A program made the translations under genes and the position numbers. Positions 9,589 to 20,061 of a stretch of 64,000 bases of DNA are shown piece by piece (within the stretch, counting starts at the first letter, position 1; every line of letters starts with the position of its first letter). This DNA comes from an uncultured Actinomycetota bacterium. GTDB lineage: Bacteria > Actinomycetota > Actinomycetes > Mycobacteriales > Geodermatophilaceae. The notes under the pieces were generated by a model that worked only from the letters and a program-made list of their open reading frames with translations, was not told the DNA's origin and made no database searches. The stretch lies in assembly GCA_963759905.1 (NCBI GenBank), contig CAVXBD010000002.1, positions 7,673-71,672 of the forward strand. The letters run 5' to 3'.

Positions 9589-11409
9589 TCAGCTGACCTC
9601 GGCGGTCAGCGCGGTCGCCGGCAGCCAGTCCGCGTCCAGCAGCTCGGCGATCTGCTGCAACCCGGCGGTGTCCCCGCCCGCGGTGGAGCCGGTGACCGCC
9701 AGCCGCTGCACCATCACCCGGGCCACCTGCTCCTCCACGGTCTCCTCGGCGTAGGCGATCCGCCAGGGCGAGACCTGGTGGTCCCGGTGGGTGCGGCCGG
9801 TGACCTGGCGGGCCGCGATCCCGGAGAACCTGGGCTGGTGGAACAGCCCCACTCGCGGGGTGGTCGACGCCGTCCGGCCGCCGGGCAGCTGCTCGCCGGC
9901 GTGCAGGCTGATCGAGGCGGTCACGGTGAACACGCAGACCCGGGACTCCCCGGTCTGGAACCGCAGCCGCTCGGCCTCGACGTCGAACCGGGGCCGGTTC
10001 GAGCCGGAACCGTAGATGCTCGACACCGGCACCCCGGCATCCAGCAGTGCGGTCGCGATCGGGTCGGCCGCGGTCTCCACGAACTCCACCGACACCGCGA
10101 CCTGCCGGTCGGCCTCGACCTGCGCCTTCACCCATTCGACGGTGGCCGGCACCCGGATCAGCCCGGCCTTCTGCCGGAACCGCAGCAATGCAGCCCGTCC
10201 CCGGGCGGTCTGCTTGGCCCGGCGGGCCAGCTGCATCTCGGCCCGGAACTCCTGCCAGTCCGCCTCGTACTGCGCGCGCTCGGCCGGCGTGAGGGCCACC
10301 GGGGTACCGGTGACCGACACCGGGCCCCACGGCGCGGACCGGTGCAGGGTCGAGGGTGGATCGGTGTCGGTGAGCCAGCTCCGCAGCCGGGTCAGGTCGG
10401 CCCGCCGCTCCTCGGGGTCCTCGGTCCACGTGGCGCCGTACCGGCCGCGTTCCACGTGGAACCCGTGCTCGGCCAGCCGGGTCGGCAGGTCCGACCAGGC
10501 CCGCAGCGGCTCGCCGTGCACGGCGGCGAAGTGCGGCGCCAGGTAGGGCAGCTCCAGCGGGGAGTGCGCCGGGGTCGCGGTGGCCAGCAGCACGAACGGG
10601 GCGGCGGAGACACGACCGGAACCCGACACGGCCTTCCAGTGCTTCCACCGCTGGGTGGTGGTGTGCCGGACCATGTGCGCCTCGTCGGCGACCACGACGT
10701 CGAAGGGCAGCGCGCGCACCTTGGCCAGCCGGTCCCAGGTGGTCACGCACCAGCGCAGCGGTTGTCCCCCGACCGCGGATCCCCCGAAGGCGGCGATCGA
10801 CCGGGTCCAGTGCGGCACGGTGATCGCTGCGGGCCGGTCGGCCACCACCAGCACGGTCCGCGCACCGCGCTGCGCGGCGATCTGCTGCACGGCCAGCACC
10901 GCGGTGCCGGTCTTGCCCACCCCGGGGTCGTCACCCAGGAGGAACATCCGGCCGCCGGCGGCCGCGTGCGCGGCGATCACCGCTGCACCGGTGACCTGTT
11001 CGGGCCGCGGGGTCATGGGCTCACCGGCCGGAATCGGGCGCGCGACCTCGTTGAGCTGCTCCTCCAGGAACCGCTCGACGGTGTACGGGCCGGGGTCGTA
11101 GGGCACCAGCTCCGGGGGCAGCTGGGCGCCGACCCAGACGTGGGCCTGCAGGCCGGCATGCCAGACGGCGCCGGGGGCGGGGGCGCGGAACGGGACGGCC
11201 AACACCCAGACCCGCTCCCCAGGCCCGGCGGTGGGCAGTGGCGCGGTGTCCTTCCCAGCCGCAGCTTTGCGGACGGCTGATGTCCGGGCGGCTGCCGTCC
11301 GGGGTGCTGCCTTCCGGGGTGCGGCCTTCCGGGGTGCGGCGGCGCGACGACGACCGGGCACGGGACTCCTCTGCAACGGGCGGGACGACCGGGCGGTCGG
11401 CGCTGGCAC
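9589..11409 (-). CDS. Divergent SF2 (SNF2-like) helicase with basic AAPRK-repeat N-terminus
   Basis: GDDPGVGKT (I), VADEAH (II), TATP (III), QVTGRTHR (VI); start codon uncertain. Confidence 0.8.
   Translation of the reverse strand: MPAPTARSSRPLQRSPVPGRRRAAAPRKAAPRKAAPRTAAARTSAVRKAAAGKDTAPLPTAGPGERVWVLAVPFRAPAPGAVWHAGLQAHVWVGAQLPPELVPYDPGPYTVERFLEEQLNEVARPIPAGEPMTPRPEQVTGAAVIAAHAAAGGRMFLLGDDPGVGKTGTAVLAVQQIAAQRGARTVLVVADRPAAITVPHWTRSIAAFGGSAVGGQPLRWCVTTWDRLAKVRALPFDVVVADEAHMVRHTTTQRWKHWKAVSGSGRVSAAPFVLLATATPAHSPLELPYLAPHFAAVHGEPLRAWSDLPTRLAEHGFHVERGRYGATWTEDPEERRADLTRLRSWLTDTDPPSTLHRSAPWGPVSVTGTPVALTPAERAQYEADWQEFRAEMQLARRAKQTARGRAALLRFRQKAGLIRVPATVEWVKAQVEADRQVAVSVEFVETAADPIATALLDAGVPVSSIYGSGSNRPRFDVEAERLRFQTGESRVCVFTVTASISLHAGEQLPGGRTASTTPRVGLFHQPRFSGIAARQVTGRTHRDHQVSPWRIAYAEETVEEQVARVMVQRLAVTGSTAGGDTAGLQQIAELLDADWLPATALTAEVS
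10449..10462. other. parS-type palindrome (within helicase CDS)
   Basis: GTTCCACGTGGAAC. Confidence 0.7.
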
Positions 11410-11510
11410 GGACGGGCTCAGGGGCGGGCGCAGGTCAGCGGGGTGCGCCGCGGCCGACGCTACGGGCGGGGTCGGACGTCCGGCTCCGGGCGGGGTCGAG
11501 CGGCGATCGA

Positions 11511-11556
11511 CCGGGTCAGACGGACACCGGCCGGGTCAGACGGACACCGGCCGGGT
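11511..11556. repeat. 20-bp tandem duplication CCGGGTCAGACGGACACCGG spanning the GATase stop codon
   Basis: Two exact copies plus a partial third. Confidence 0.9.
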
Positions 11557-12246
11557 GAGCCGGTGGGCGCCGGTGAGCGCCAGCACGGTCCCGGTGGAAC
11601 GCACCGGGTCTACCGCTCCCCGGCCCGGGACGGCGTCGGGGACGGCCAGCATCTCCCGGAGCGCACGGGTCACCCGGGCACTCTCCGGCCCGGACAGCTC
11701 GGGGTGGAACTGCACCCCGGCGACCCGGGCTCCAAGGGTGAACCCCTGGACCGGACTGACCCCGTTGCTCCAGGTCAGCGCCACCCCCGGGGTGCGCAGG
11801 AACGCCCGGGGCACCTGCTGGACGTGCGCGGTGGCCACCCGCAGACCGCGGACGCCGTGCCCACGCACCGTGGTCACCCCGGCCTCGCCCCCGCACGGCA
11901 CCGGCTCGGGATCGAGCTGTCCGGCCACCGCGGCGATCATCTGGGCGCCGAGGCAGATCCCGAGCACGCTGGCCCGGTCCCGGCCGGCCACGTCCAGTGC
12001 GGCCCGGACGGCGTCCAACCGCTCGGCCATCGCCGTGGTGCCCGAGCCGACGGCCTCCAGGCCCCCGCTGAACACGTGCAGCACCCCGGACCGGCCCCGG
12101 TGCTCGGCCGCCGGATCACCCCAGGGCACCACCGCCACGGTCCAGCCCAGGATGGCCAGCACCGCGGCCACCGGATCACCCCAGCCGACCCCGGGCCAGG
12201 CGGTGCCGCTGCCCTGCCAGACCACCGCCTCGCCGCCGCCCGTCAC
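11536..12246 (-). CDS. Stand-alone class I glutamine amidotransferase-like protein
   Basis: LGICLGAQ nucleophile elbow and GVQFHPE motif. Confidence 0.7.
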   Translation of the reverse strand: MTGGGEAVVWQGSGTAWPGVGWGDPVAAVLAILGWTVAVVPWGDPAAEHRGRSGVLHVFSGGLEAVGSGTTAMAERLDAVRAALDVAGRDRASVLGICLGAQMIAAVAGQLDPEPVPCGGEAGVTTVRGHGVRGLRVATAHVQQVPRAFLRTPGVALTWSNGVSPVQGFTLGARVAGVQFHPELSGPESARVTRALREMLAVPDAVPGRGAVDPVRSTGTVLALTGAHRLTRPVSV

Positions 12247-12388
12247 CCGCCCACCATGACGCTGGGTGACAATCGCGGCCTCTCACGACACGGAACGTCG
12301 ATAACGACCGCGTCACAACATCCTGGGGCCCTCGGTGGATCCCGGGTTCCCCTGCTGTTCCGCGGACCCGGTCTGGTCTGATGCCGGG

Positions 12389-13231
12389 GTGAGCGGTGAC
12401 GTGAACGGGGAGCGGGAGCTGGCCACCCGGACGGTCGGCGACAGCGGTCCCCGGGTCGCCTTCGTGCACGGCCTGTTCGGTCAGGGCCGCAACTGGACGA
12501 CGATCGCCCGGCGGCTGGCCGACGACGGGCACCGGGTGACCCTGGTCGACCTGCCCAACCACGGGCACTCGCCGTGGACCGACCGGGTGGACTACGTGGA
12601 CATGGCCGACGAGCTGGCCGGCCGGCTGGCGTCCTGGGACGAGCCGGTCACCCTGGTGGGGCACTCGATGGGCGGCAAGGTCGCCATGCAGCTGGCGCTG
12701 CGGCACCCGGCGCTGCTGCGGGCGCTGGTCGTGGTGGACATCGCCCCGGTGGTCTACCCCGAGAGCGGGGGGCGGACCGAGGACCCCGACGAGGAGGCCT
12801 CCCCATTCGCCGCGTTCATCGCGGCGATGCGGGCGATCGACCTCGACGGCCTGCAGACCCGGGAGGACGCCGACGCCGCGCTGGCGCCGGCCGTGCCCAG
12901 CGACATGGTGCGGGCCTTCCTGCTCCAGTCCCTGGTGCGGGACGGCACCCGGGGCTGGCGGTGGCGGCTGAACCTGGAGCTGCTGGCCCGCGACCTGGGC
13001 GTGCTGCGGCAGTTCCCCGACCCCCCACCGGGCGCGGTCTACGACGGGCCGGTGCTGTGGATCGCCGGCGCGGACTCGACCTACGTGCTGGACGCCGACC
13101 GGCCGCGGATGACCGAGCTGTTCCCGCGGGTCCGGCTGGTGCGGGTCAAGCAGGCCGGGCACTGGGTGCACTCCGAGCAGCCCGAGGTGTTCACCGAGGC
13201 GCTGCGCCGCTTCCTGGCCCAGGTGGAGTGA
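12389..13231 (+). CDS. Alpha/beta hydrolase (YbfF-like esterase)
   Basis: FVHGLFG, DLPNHG, GHSMGGK, AGHWVHSEQP. Confidence 0.9.
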   Translation: MSGDVNGERELATRTVGDSGPRVAFVHGLFGQGRNWTTIARRLADDGHRVTLVDLPNHGHSPWTDRVDYVDMADELAGRLASWDEPVTLVGHSMGGKVAMQLALRHPALLRALVVVDIAPVVYPESGGRTEDPDEEASPFAAFIAAMRAIDLDGLQTREDADAALAPAVPSDMVRAFLLQSLVRDGTRGWRWRLNLELLARDLGVLRQFPDPPPGAVYDGPVLWIAGADSTYVLDADRPRMTELFPRVRLVRVKQAGHWVHSEQPEVFTEALRRFLAQVE

Positions 13232-13241
13232 GCGCGGCCGG

Positions 13242-16200
13242 TCAGCCGAACAGGCCGCGGACGTCCTCGGCGGTCAGGGCGCCCGAACTCAGCGCGCCCT
13301 CCCCCACCACGTCGGCGAACAGCTCGGCCTTGCGCGCCTTGAGCTCCATCACCTTCTCCTCGATCGTGCCCGCGGCCACCAGCCGGTAGACCATGACGGT
13401 CTTGTCCTGCCCGATCCGGTGCGTCCGGTCCACGGCCTGGGCCTCGGTGGCCGGGTTCCACCACGGGTCCAGCACGTAGACGTAGTCGGCCTCGGTGATG
13501 GTCAGCCCCGAACCGCCGGCCTTGAGGCTGATCAGGAACGCCGGTGCGGTCCCGGTGCGGAAGCCCTCGATGACCGCGTCCCGGTCCCGGGTGCTGCCGT
13601 CGAGGTAGGCCGTGTCGATGCCCTCGGCGGTCAGCCGCTCGCGGATGCTGCGCAGGAAACGGGTGAACTGGCTGAAGACCAGCACCCGGTGCCCCTCCTC
13701 CACCACCTCCTGCAGGTGCTCCACGAACGCGTCGGCCTTGCTGGCGGGCACATCGGCGTAGTCCGGGTCGACCAGCACCGGGTCCAGGGCCAGCTGCCGG
13801 AGCAGGGTGAGCGACTGGAAGATGGTGAACCGGTTCTTGGCCATGTCCTCGACCAGGCCCAGCACCTTGCTCCGCTCCCGCTGCAGGTGGGTCTGGTAGA
13901 GCTTCTCGTGCCGGGGGTTGAGGGTCACCTCAAGCACCTGCTCCTGCTTGGGTGGCAGCTCCGGGGCGACCGACTCCTTGGTCCGGCGCAGCACCAGCGG
14001 GCGGATCCGCTGCCGCAGGGTCGCCAGTCGGTCCCGGTCGCCGTCCCGCTCGATGGGGGTGCGGTAGTGGTGGGTGAAGGCCGACGGGTCGGGGAAGAGG
14101 CCCGGCGCGGTGATCGACAGCAGCGACCACAGGTCCATCACGCTGTTCTCCAGCGGGGTGCCGGTCAGCGCCAGGGTGAACGGTGCGTCCAGTTGCCGGG
14201 CGCACTGGTAGGTCCGCCCGCGGTGGTTCTTCACCGTCTGCGCCTCGTCGAGCACCAGCCCGCGCCAGGGCAGCCGCTGCAACTGGTCGGCCTCCAGCCG
14301 GAACACCGCGTAGGAGGTGACGACGACGTGCGCGCCGGCCACGTGCTGGTCCAGCCGGGTGCCCCGCCGCCGCTCGGTCTCCCGCAGCACGGCCACCTGC
14401 AGCCCGGGTGCGAAGCGGGCGGCCTCCCGCACCCAGGTGGACAGCACGCTGGTGGGGGCGACGACGAGCACCGGGGCCTCGTCGAGGTCACCGGCCTCGT
14501 GCGCGCGGCACAACAGCGCCAGGGTCTGCAGCGTCTTGCCCAGCCCCATGTCGTCGGCGAGGACTCCCCCGAGACCGCTGGACCACAGGTGGGACAGCCA
14601 GGCGAAGCCCTCGTGCTGGTAGGGCCGTAGCTGCGCGGTCAACCCGGCCGGCGCCGGCGGTGGCTCGGCGTGCGCGGCGTCCAGCAGCCCGCGCACCTGC
14701 CTGGTCCACCGGGCGCTCTGCTCGTCCAGGATGCCGAGGGTCAGCAGTTCCTCCCACCAGCCGGCCTGGAACCGGCTGACCGCCACCACCCCGTCGGCCG
14801 GGACGTCGGCCAGCGCGCGGGCCTCCTCGATGAGTTCCCGCAGCCGGTCGAACTCCGGCCGCTGCAGGGAGAACCAGGTGCCGGTGACCAGCATCAGCCG
14901 GGTCCGGCCGGAGACCAGCGCGCCGAACAGCTGGGCGAACGGCACGACCTGCCCGTCGACGGTGACGGCCACCCCCAGGTCGAACCAGTCGGACTGGGTG
15001 TTGTCCCGCGCGGTGAAGCTGATCTGCGGGGGTGCGGTGCTCTGCCGGTAGTCCGGCGGCTCGCCGACCACGGTGAGGTCGACCCCGGGGTCGGACGCCA
15101 GCGCGGGCAGCACCCCGGCGACGAACTCCATCGCCTCCATGCCGCGCAACTCGGCCTGCGCAGCCAGCCGCCAGTCGGTGGTCCACAACTCCGGGACACC
15201 GCCGACCGGCCCGGGCAGCCGGCGCTCCAGCTCGCGCTCGGCGTCCAGGTCCCGCCCCGACCCCGGGGCGGCGAGCTCACCCGGCGGGGCCGGCGGGAAG
15301 GACCGGTCCGGCCCGTAGCCCACCGTCCAGCTCAGCTCGGCCGAGAGGTCCCCGGGGAAGCGGACGGTCAGCGCCAGCCGAGGCGGCACGACCTCGGGCA
15401 GGGGCACCGAGTCGTCCCCGGAGACCACCGGGACCCGGGTGCGCAGGTCGGGGTACCAGTCCCGGAGGAAGCGCGGCACGTCGGCGGCCGGCACGGCCAC
15501 CGGCCGACCGCGGGCGACCAGGCCGGCCAGCGCCGGGGGCGCCGGCCGGTCCAGGCGGGCCAGCAGCAGCGCGGTCCCGGGGTCGGGTTCGTGCACGGTC
15601 ACCCCGTGCGCGGGGTGCCCCAGGAAGGACAGCGCGCGGGCGTCCACCACCTGGCCCTCCACCCGGAGCACGGCCTGCAGCTCGGCGCCGCCGCGGGGGT
15701 CCTGCCGGGCGTCGACGGCCAGGTCCGCGGGCGTGCCGGACAGCACCACGGGGAGCCCCCGGGGGCCGGCGGCGACCAGCGCCACACCGTCCCCGACGGC
15801 CTGCTCGAGCATCCGCCACAGCCCCGGACCGAACTCGTGCAGGTACACGTCGGCCGGGGCGTAGGAGTAGTACTGGCCGCGCGCCGCCTGGTGCGTGGCG
15901 TACAGCGCCCGCAGGGCGGCCACGTGGGCCCGGTCCCAGCCCGACTGGGCGTTGTCGTACTGCAGCTGCCGCCAGTCGATGCCGGTGCGCACCCAGCGCC
16001 CGTTGCGCCCGGGCACGACCGGGCGCAGCCGCACCAGCCGGGGCCGCGAGCCCGGGGCGCCGACCGACGCCCGGGCCGCGGGCTCGCTGGCGATGTCGAA
16101 CTGCAGCCCGACCGGGACCCGGGGCGGCCCCGGCGCGACCCCCCCGGTGGCCTGCACCAGGTCGGTCAGGGTGCGTTCCCATTCCGCCAGCGGCGCGGTC

Positions 16201-16517
16201 AGCCCCGCGTCCGGCCCGGCGGCACCGTCACGCAACGCCAGCAGGGCGGCCACCGCGTGCTTGCACTCCACCGCGACCGGGCAGGTGCAGACGCTGGTCC
16301 ACCCGGACCGGCCGGGGCCGGCCAGCACCATGGTGGTGCGGTAGGGCACGGCGGCGGTGCCGCGGACGGTGGCGGTGAGCCGGCGGCCGTCGGGAGAGGC
16401 CTCGACCGACAGCACCCCGCCCTCGTGCAGCGAGGTGAGCGCGCGGCCGAGGACCGCCGGGCCCACGTGCGCGGTGAGCGCCGCGTCCGTCGCCTCCGCA
16501 CGCCACTCCGCCAGCAC
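13242..16517 (-). CDS. SWIM zinc-finger + SNF2 helicase
   Basis: CTCP...CKH SWIM; LADDMGLGKT, DEAQ, TGTPLEN, FSQF, DPWWNP, QAVDRTHRIGQ. Confidence 0.95.
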   Translation of the reverse strand: MLAEWRAEATDAALTAHVGPAVLGRALTSLHEGGVLSVEASPDGRRLTATVRGTAAVPYRTTMVLAGPGRSGWTSVCTCPVAVECKHAVAALLALRDGAAGPDAGLTAPLAEWERTLTDLVQATGGVAPGPPRVPVGLQFDIASEPAARASVGAPGSRPRLVRLRPVVPGRNGRWVRTGIDWRQLQYDNAQSGWDRAHVAALRALYATHQAARGQYYSYAPADVYLHEFGPGLWRMLEQAVGDGVALVAAGPRGLPVVLSGTPADLAVDARQDPRGGAELQAVLRVEGQVVDARALSFLGHPAHGVTVHEPDPGTALLLARLDRPAPPALAGLVARGRPVAVPAADVPRFLRDWYPDLRTRVPVVSGDDSVPLPEVVPPRLALTVRFPGDLSAELSWTVGYGPDRSFPPAPPGELAAPGSGRDLDAERELERRLPGPVGGVPELWTTDWRLAAQAELRGMEAMEFVAGVLPALASDPGVDLTVVGEPPDYRQSTAPPQISFTARDNTQSDWFDLGVAVTVDGQVVPFAQLFGALVSGRTRLMLVTGTWFSLQRPEFDRLRELIEEARALADVPADGVVAVSRFQAGWWEELLTLGILDEQSARWTRQVRGLLDAAHAEPPPAPAGLTAQLRPYQHEGFAWLSHLWSSGLGGVLADDMGLGKTLQTLALLCRAHEAGDLDEAPVLVVAPTSVLSTWVREAARFAPGLQVAVLRETERRRGTRLDQHVAGAHVVVTSYAVFRLEADQLQRLPWRGLVLDEAQTVKNHRGRTYQCARQLDAPFTLALTGTPLENSVMDLWSLLSITAPGLFPDPSAFTHHYRTPIERDGDRDRLATLRQRIRPLVLRRTKESVAPELPPKQEQVLEVTLNPRHEKLYQTHLQRERSKVLGLVEDMAKNRFTIFQSLTLLRQLALDPVLVDPDYADVPASKADAFVEHLQEVVEEGHRVLVFSQFTRFLRSIRERLTAEGIDTAYLDGSTRDRDAVIEGFRTGTAPAFLISLKAGGSGLTITEADYVYVLDPWWNPATEAQAVDRTHRIGQDKTVMVYRLVAAGTIEEKVMELKARKAELFADVVGEGALSSGALTAEDVRGLFG

Positions 16518-16640
16518 GTCGCCAGGTTACGGGCGCGGCACGACCATCCCCTCCGTTCACCGGGGGCTGTGCACCCGGCCCCGGGCTGGGGACGACGGCC
16601 GCGGCCCGGGACCCGGTGCGGTACCGGGGTACCGGGCACC

Positions 16641-16690
16641 GGGAGCCATCGGGAGCCATCGGGAGCCACCGTGAGCCACCGGAGCCGTGA
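16641..16690. repeat. Degenerate 10-bp tandem repeat (GGGAGCCATC) in the divergent SNF2/pgm intergenic region
   Basis: gggagccatc gggagccatc gggagccacc gtgagccacc ggagcc. Confidence 0.8.
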
Positions 16691-16740
16691 GGGGGGAGCA
16701 CGGGTCGCCGTGACGGCCCCGGACAGGCCAGGATCGACCC

Positions 16741-18376
16741 ATGAGCAACGACCGCGCCGGGACCCCGGCCCAGCCCTCGGACCTGGTCGACGTCCCGCAC
16801 CTGGTCACGGCGTACTACACGACCCGACCCGATCCGGAGGACCCGGCGCAGCAGGTCGCGTTCGGCACGTCCGGGCACCGCGGGTCCAGCCTGGACGGGG
16901 CCTTCAACGAGGCGCACATCCTGGCCACCACCCAGGCGATCGTGGAGTACCGGCAGGGCCAGGGCTTCGACGGGCCGCTGTTCGTCGGCCGGGACACCCA
17001 CGGGCTGAGCGAACCGGCCTGGGTCAGCGCCCTGGAGGTGCTGGCGGCCAACGACGTGACCGTGCTGGTGGACAGCGCCGACGGGTACACCCCGACGCCG
17101 GCGGTCAGCCACGCCATCCTGGCGGCCAACCGCGGCAGGACCACGGGCCTGGCCGACGGCATCGTGGTCACCCCGTCGCACAACCCGCCCCGGGACGGCG
17201 GGTTCAAGTACAACCCCCCGCACGGCGGGCCGGCCGACTCCGATGCCACCGGTTGGATCGCCGACCGGGCCAACGAGCTGCTCCGGGCCGACCTGGACGG
17301 GGTGCGGCGGGTGCCCTTCGCCCGGGCCCGGGCCGGTGTCGAGGGCTATGACTTCCTGGGCAGCTACGTCGCGGACCTGCCCGAGGTGATCGACGTCGAG
17401 GCGATCCGGTCGGCCGGGATCCGGATCGGTGCCGACCCGCTCGGCGGCGCCTCGGTCGGCTACTGGGGCGAGATCGCCGACCGGCTGCGGCCTGGACCTC
17501 ACCGTGGTCAACCCGCTGGTGGACCCGACCTGGCGGTTCATGACCCTGGACTGGGACGGCAAGATCCGGATGGACTGCTCCTCGCCCAACGCGATGGCCT
17601 GCCTGATCGGCCGCAAGGACGAGTTCCAGATCGCCACCGGGAACGACGCCGACGCCGACCGGCACGGCATCGTCACCCCCGATGGCGGGCTGATGAACCC
17701 CAACCACTTCCTGGCCGTGGCCATCGACTACCTGTTCTCCCACCGGCCCGGTTGGTCGGCCGAGACCGCGGTGGGCAAGACCCTGGTGTCCTGCTCCCTC
17801 ATCGACCGGGTGGTGGCGGACCTGGGCCGACGGCTGGTGGAGGTGCCGGTGGGCTTCAAGTGGTTCGTGCCGGGCCTGCTCGACGGGTCGATCGGGTTCG
17901 GCGGCGAGGAGTCCGCCGGGGCCTCGTTCCTGCGCCGCGACGGCGGCGTGTGGACCACCGACAAGGACGGCATCCTGCTGGCCCTGCTGGCCAGCGAGAT
18001 CCAGGCGACCACGGGGAAGTCGCCCTCGGAGCACCACCGGGAGCTGACCGCCCGGTTCGGCGAGTCCGCCTACGCCCGGGTGGACGCCGCGGCGACCCGG
18101 GAGGAGAAGGCCGCGCTGGGCAAGCTGTCCCCCGACGACGTGACCGCCACCGAGCTGGCCGGAGAGCCCATCACCGCCAAGCTGACCCGGGCGCCGGGCA
18201 ACGACGCCGCGGTGGGCGGGCTGAAGGTGACCACCGAGAACGCCTGGTTCGCGGCCCGCCCGTCCGGGACCGAGGACGTCTACAAGATCTACGCGGAGTC
18301 CTTCCAGGGGCCCGCACACCTGGCCCGGGTGCAGGAGGAGGCCCGCGCGGTGGTCAGCGCCGCGCTCGGCGGCTGA
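16741..18376 (+). CDS. pgm: Phosphoglucomutase (alpha-D-glucose-1,6-bisphosphate dependent), interrupted by a +1 frameshift near 17487
   Basis: FGTSGHRG and TPSHNP in frame 1; [28 protein letters not shown] in the second frame; join at cgg ctg c ggc ctg gac (RL-GLD). Confidence 0.92.
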
Positions 18377-18418
18377 GCGAGGACCCGGTCAGCGCCGGGT
18401 GAGGCGTCCCGGGACGCC

Positions 18419-18451
18419 GAACGCCCCCACCCGGTGCGGGTGGGGGCGTTC
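18419..18451. terminator. Strong hairpin between convergent pgm and glpK, probable bidirectional terminator
   Basis: GAACGCCCCCACCCG-GTG-CGGGTGGGGGCGTTC perfect 15-bp stem. Confidence 0.8.
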
Positions 18452-18475
18452 AGCGCTCCCGGTGGTCCTCGCGGC

Positions 18476-19993
18476 TCAGGTCACGTCGTCGTCGACCCAG
18501 TCGAGGGTCTTGGTGACGGCCTTCTGCCAGTTGCGGTACAGCCGCTCGCGCTCGGCGGATTCCATGGCGGGCTCCCAGCGCTTGTCCTCGGCCCACTTGG
18601 CGGTCAGCTCGTCCAGGCTGGACCAGAACCCGACCGCCAGGCCGGCCGCGTAGGCCGCACCCAGCGCGGTGGTCTCCACGATCTGCGGCCGGATCACCGG
18701 CACGTCGAGGATGTCGGCCTGGAACTGCATGAGCAGCTCGTTGCCGACCATGCCGCCGTCGACGCGCAGCTCGGTGAGGTCCACCCCGGAGTCGGCGTTC
18801 ATCGCGTCCAGTACCTCGCGGGTCTGGTACGCGGTGGACTCCAGCACGGCGCGGGCCAGGTGGCCCTTGTTGACGAACCGGGTGAGCCCCACGACGGCGC
18901 CGCGGGCGTCGGAGCGCCAGTGCGGGGCGAACAGGCCGGAGAACGCCGGGACGAAGTACGACCCGCCGTTGTCCTCCACCGAGCGGGCCAGGGTCTCGAT
19001 CTCCGGGGCGCTCTTGATCATGCCCAGGTTGTCCCGGACCCACTGCACCAGCGAGCCGGTGACGGCGATCGAGCCTTCCAGGGCGTAGATCGGCTTGGCG
19101 TCCCCGAGCTGGTAGCACAGCGTGGTGAGCAGGCCGTTCTCCGACGGGACCGCCTCCTCGCCGGTGTTGAGCAGCATGAAGTTGCCGGTGCCGTAGGTGT
19201 TCTTGGCCATCCCGCGCTCGAAGCAGACCTGCCCGAAGGTGGCCGCCTGCTGGTCGCCCAGCGAACCGGCGATCGGCACCCCGGCCAGGAAGCCGCTGGC
19301 CCGGCCCTTGCCGTAGACCTCGGAGTTGGACCGGATCTCCGGGAGCATGGACATCGGGATGCCCATCTCCTCGGCGATGTCGGGCAGCCAGGACAGCGTG
19401 CGGTAGTCCATCAGCATGGTCCGGCTGGCGTTGGAGACGTCGGTCAGGTGCAGGCCGCCGTCGGTGCCGCCGGTCATGTTCCACATCAGCCAGGAGTCGA
19501 TGGTCCCCATCACGAGGTCACCGGCCTCGGCCTTCTCCCGGGCGCCGTCGACGTTGTCCAGGATCCAGCGCACCTTGGGGCCGGCGAAGTAGGTCGCCAG
19601 CGGCAGCCCCACCCGGTCCTTGTACCGCTCGGCGCCACCACCCAGGGCGCCCAGCTCCTCGCAGATCTTCCCGGTGCGGGTGTCCTGCCAGACGATCGCG
19701 TTGTAGACCGGCTGGCCGGTGGTCTTGTCCCAGACGACCGTGGTCTCGCGCTGATTGGTGATGCCGACGGCGACGATGTCGGAACTGCCGGCATTGCCCC
19801 GGGCCAGCGCCTGGCCGACGACCTCGCGGGTGTTGGCCCAGATCTCCAGCGGGTCGTGCTCGACCCAGCCGGCCCGGGGAAAGATCTGCTCGTGCTCCTT
19901 CTGCCCGGTCGCGACGACCTTGCCGTCGTGGTCGAAGAGCATGCATCGGGTGCTGGTGGTGCCCTGGTCGATGGCGGCGACGTACTCGGCCAT
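18476..19993 (-). CDS. glpK: Glycerol kinase
   Basis: [42 protein letters not shown]. Confidence 0.97.
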   Translation of the reverse strand: MAEYVAAIDQGTTSTRCMLFDHDGKVVATGQKEHEQIFPRAGWVEHDPLEIWANTREVVGQALARGNAGSSDIVAVGITNQRETTVVWDKTTGQPVYNAIVWQDTRTGKICEELGALGGGAERYKDRVGLPLATYFAGPKVRWILDNVDGAREKAEAGDLVMGTIDSWLMWNMTGGTDGGLHLTDVSNASRTMLMDYRTLSWLPDIAEEMGIPMSMLPEIRSNSEVYGKGRASGFLAGVPIAGSLGDQQAATFGQVCFERGMAKNTYGTGNFMLLNTGEEAVPSENGLLTTLCYQLGDAKPIYALEGSIAVTGSLVQWVRDNLGMIKSAPEIETLARSVEDNGGSYFVPAFSGLFAPHWRSDARGAVVGLTRFVNKGHLARAVLESTAYQTREVLDAMNADSGVDLTELRVDGGMVGNELLMQFQADILDVPVIRPQIVETTALGAAYAAGLAVGFWSSLDELTAKWAEDKRWEPAMESAERERLYRNWQKAVTKTLDWVDDDVT

Positions 19994-20061
19994 GAGTCGT
20001 TCCTCCTAGAAGCTCGGGGCGGGCGTCGAGGCGACCCCACCCGGGTCGGGGCAGGCTGGGG

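Noticed and set aside
9589-16517. Two SNF2 helicases as an anti-phage defence island (e.g. DISARM or Zorya-like)
   Set aside because: No methylase, nuclease, DUF1998 or PLD partners. Neighbours are housekeeping genes and composition matches the rest of the window.
17480-17495. Programmed ribosomal frameshift in pgm
   Set aside because: There is no slippery heptamer or known precedent, and similar isolated insertions occur in the FN3 gene, pointing to sequencing error.
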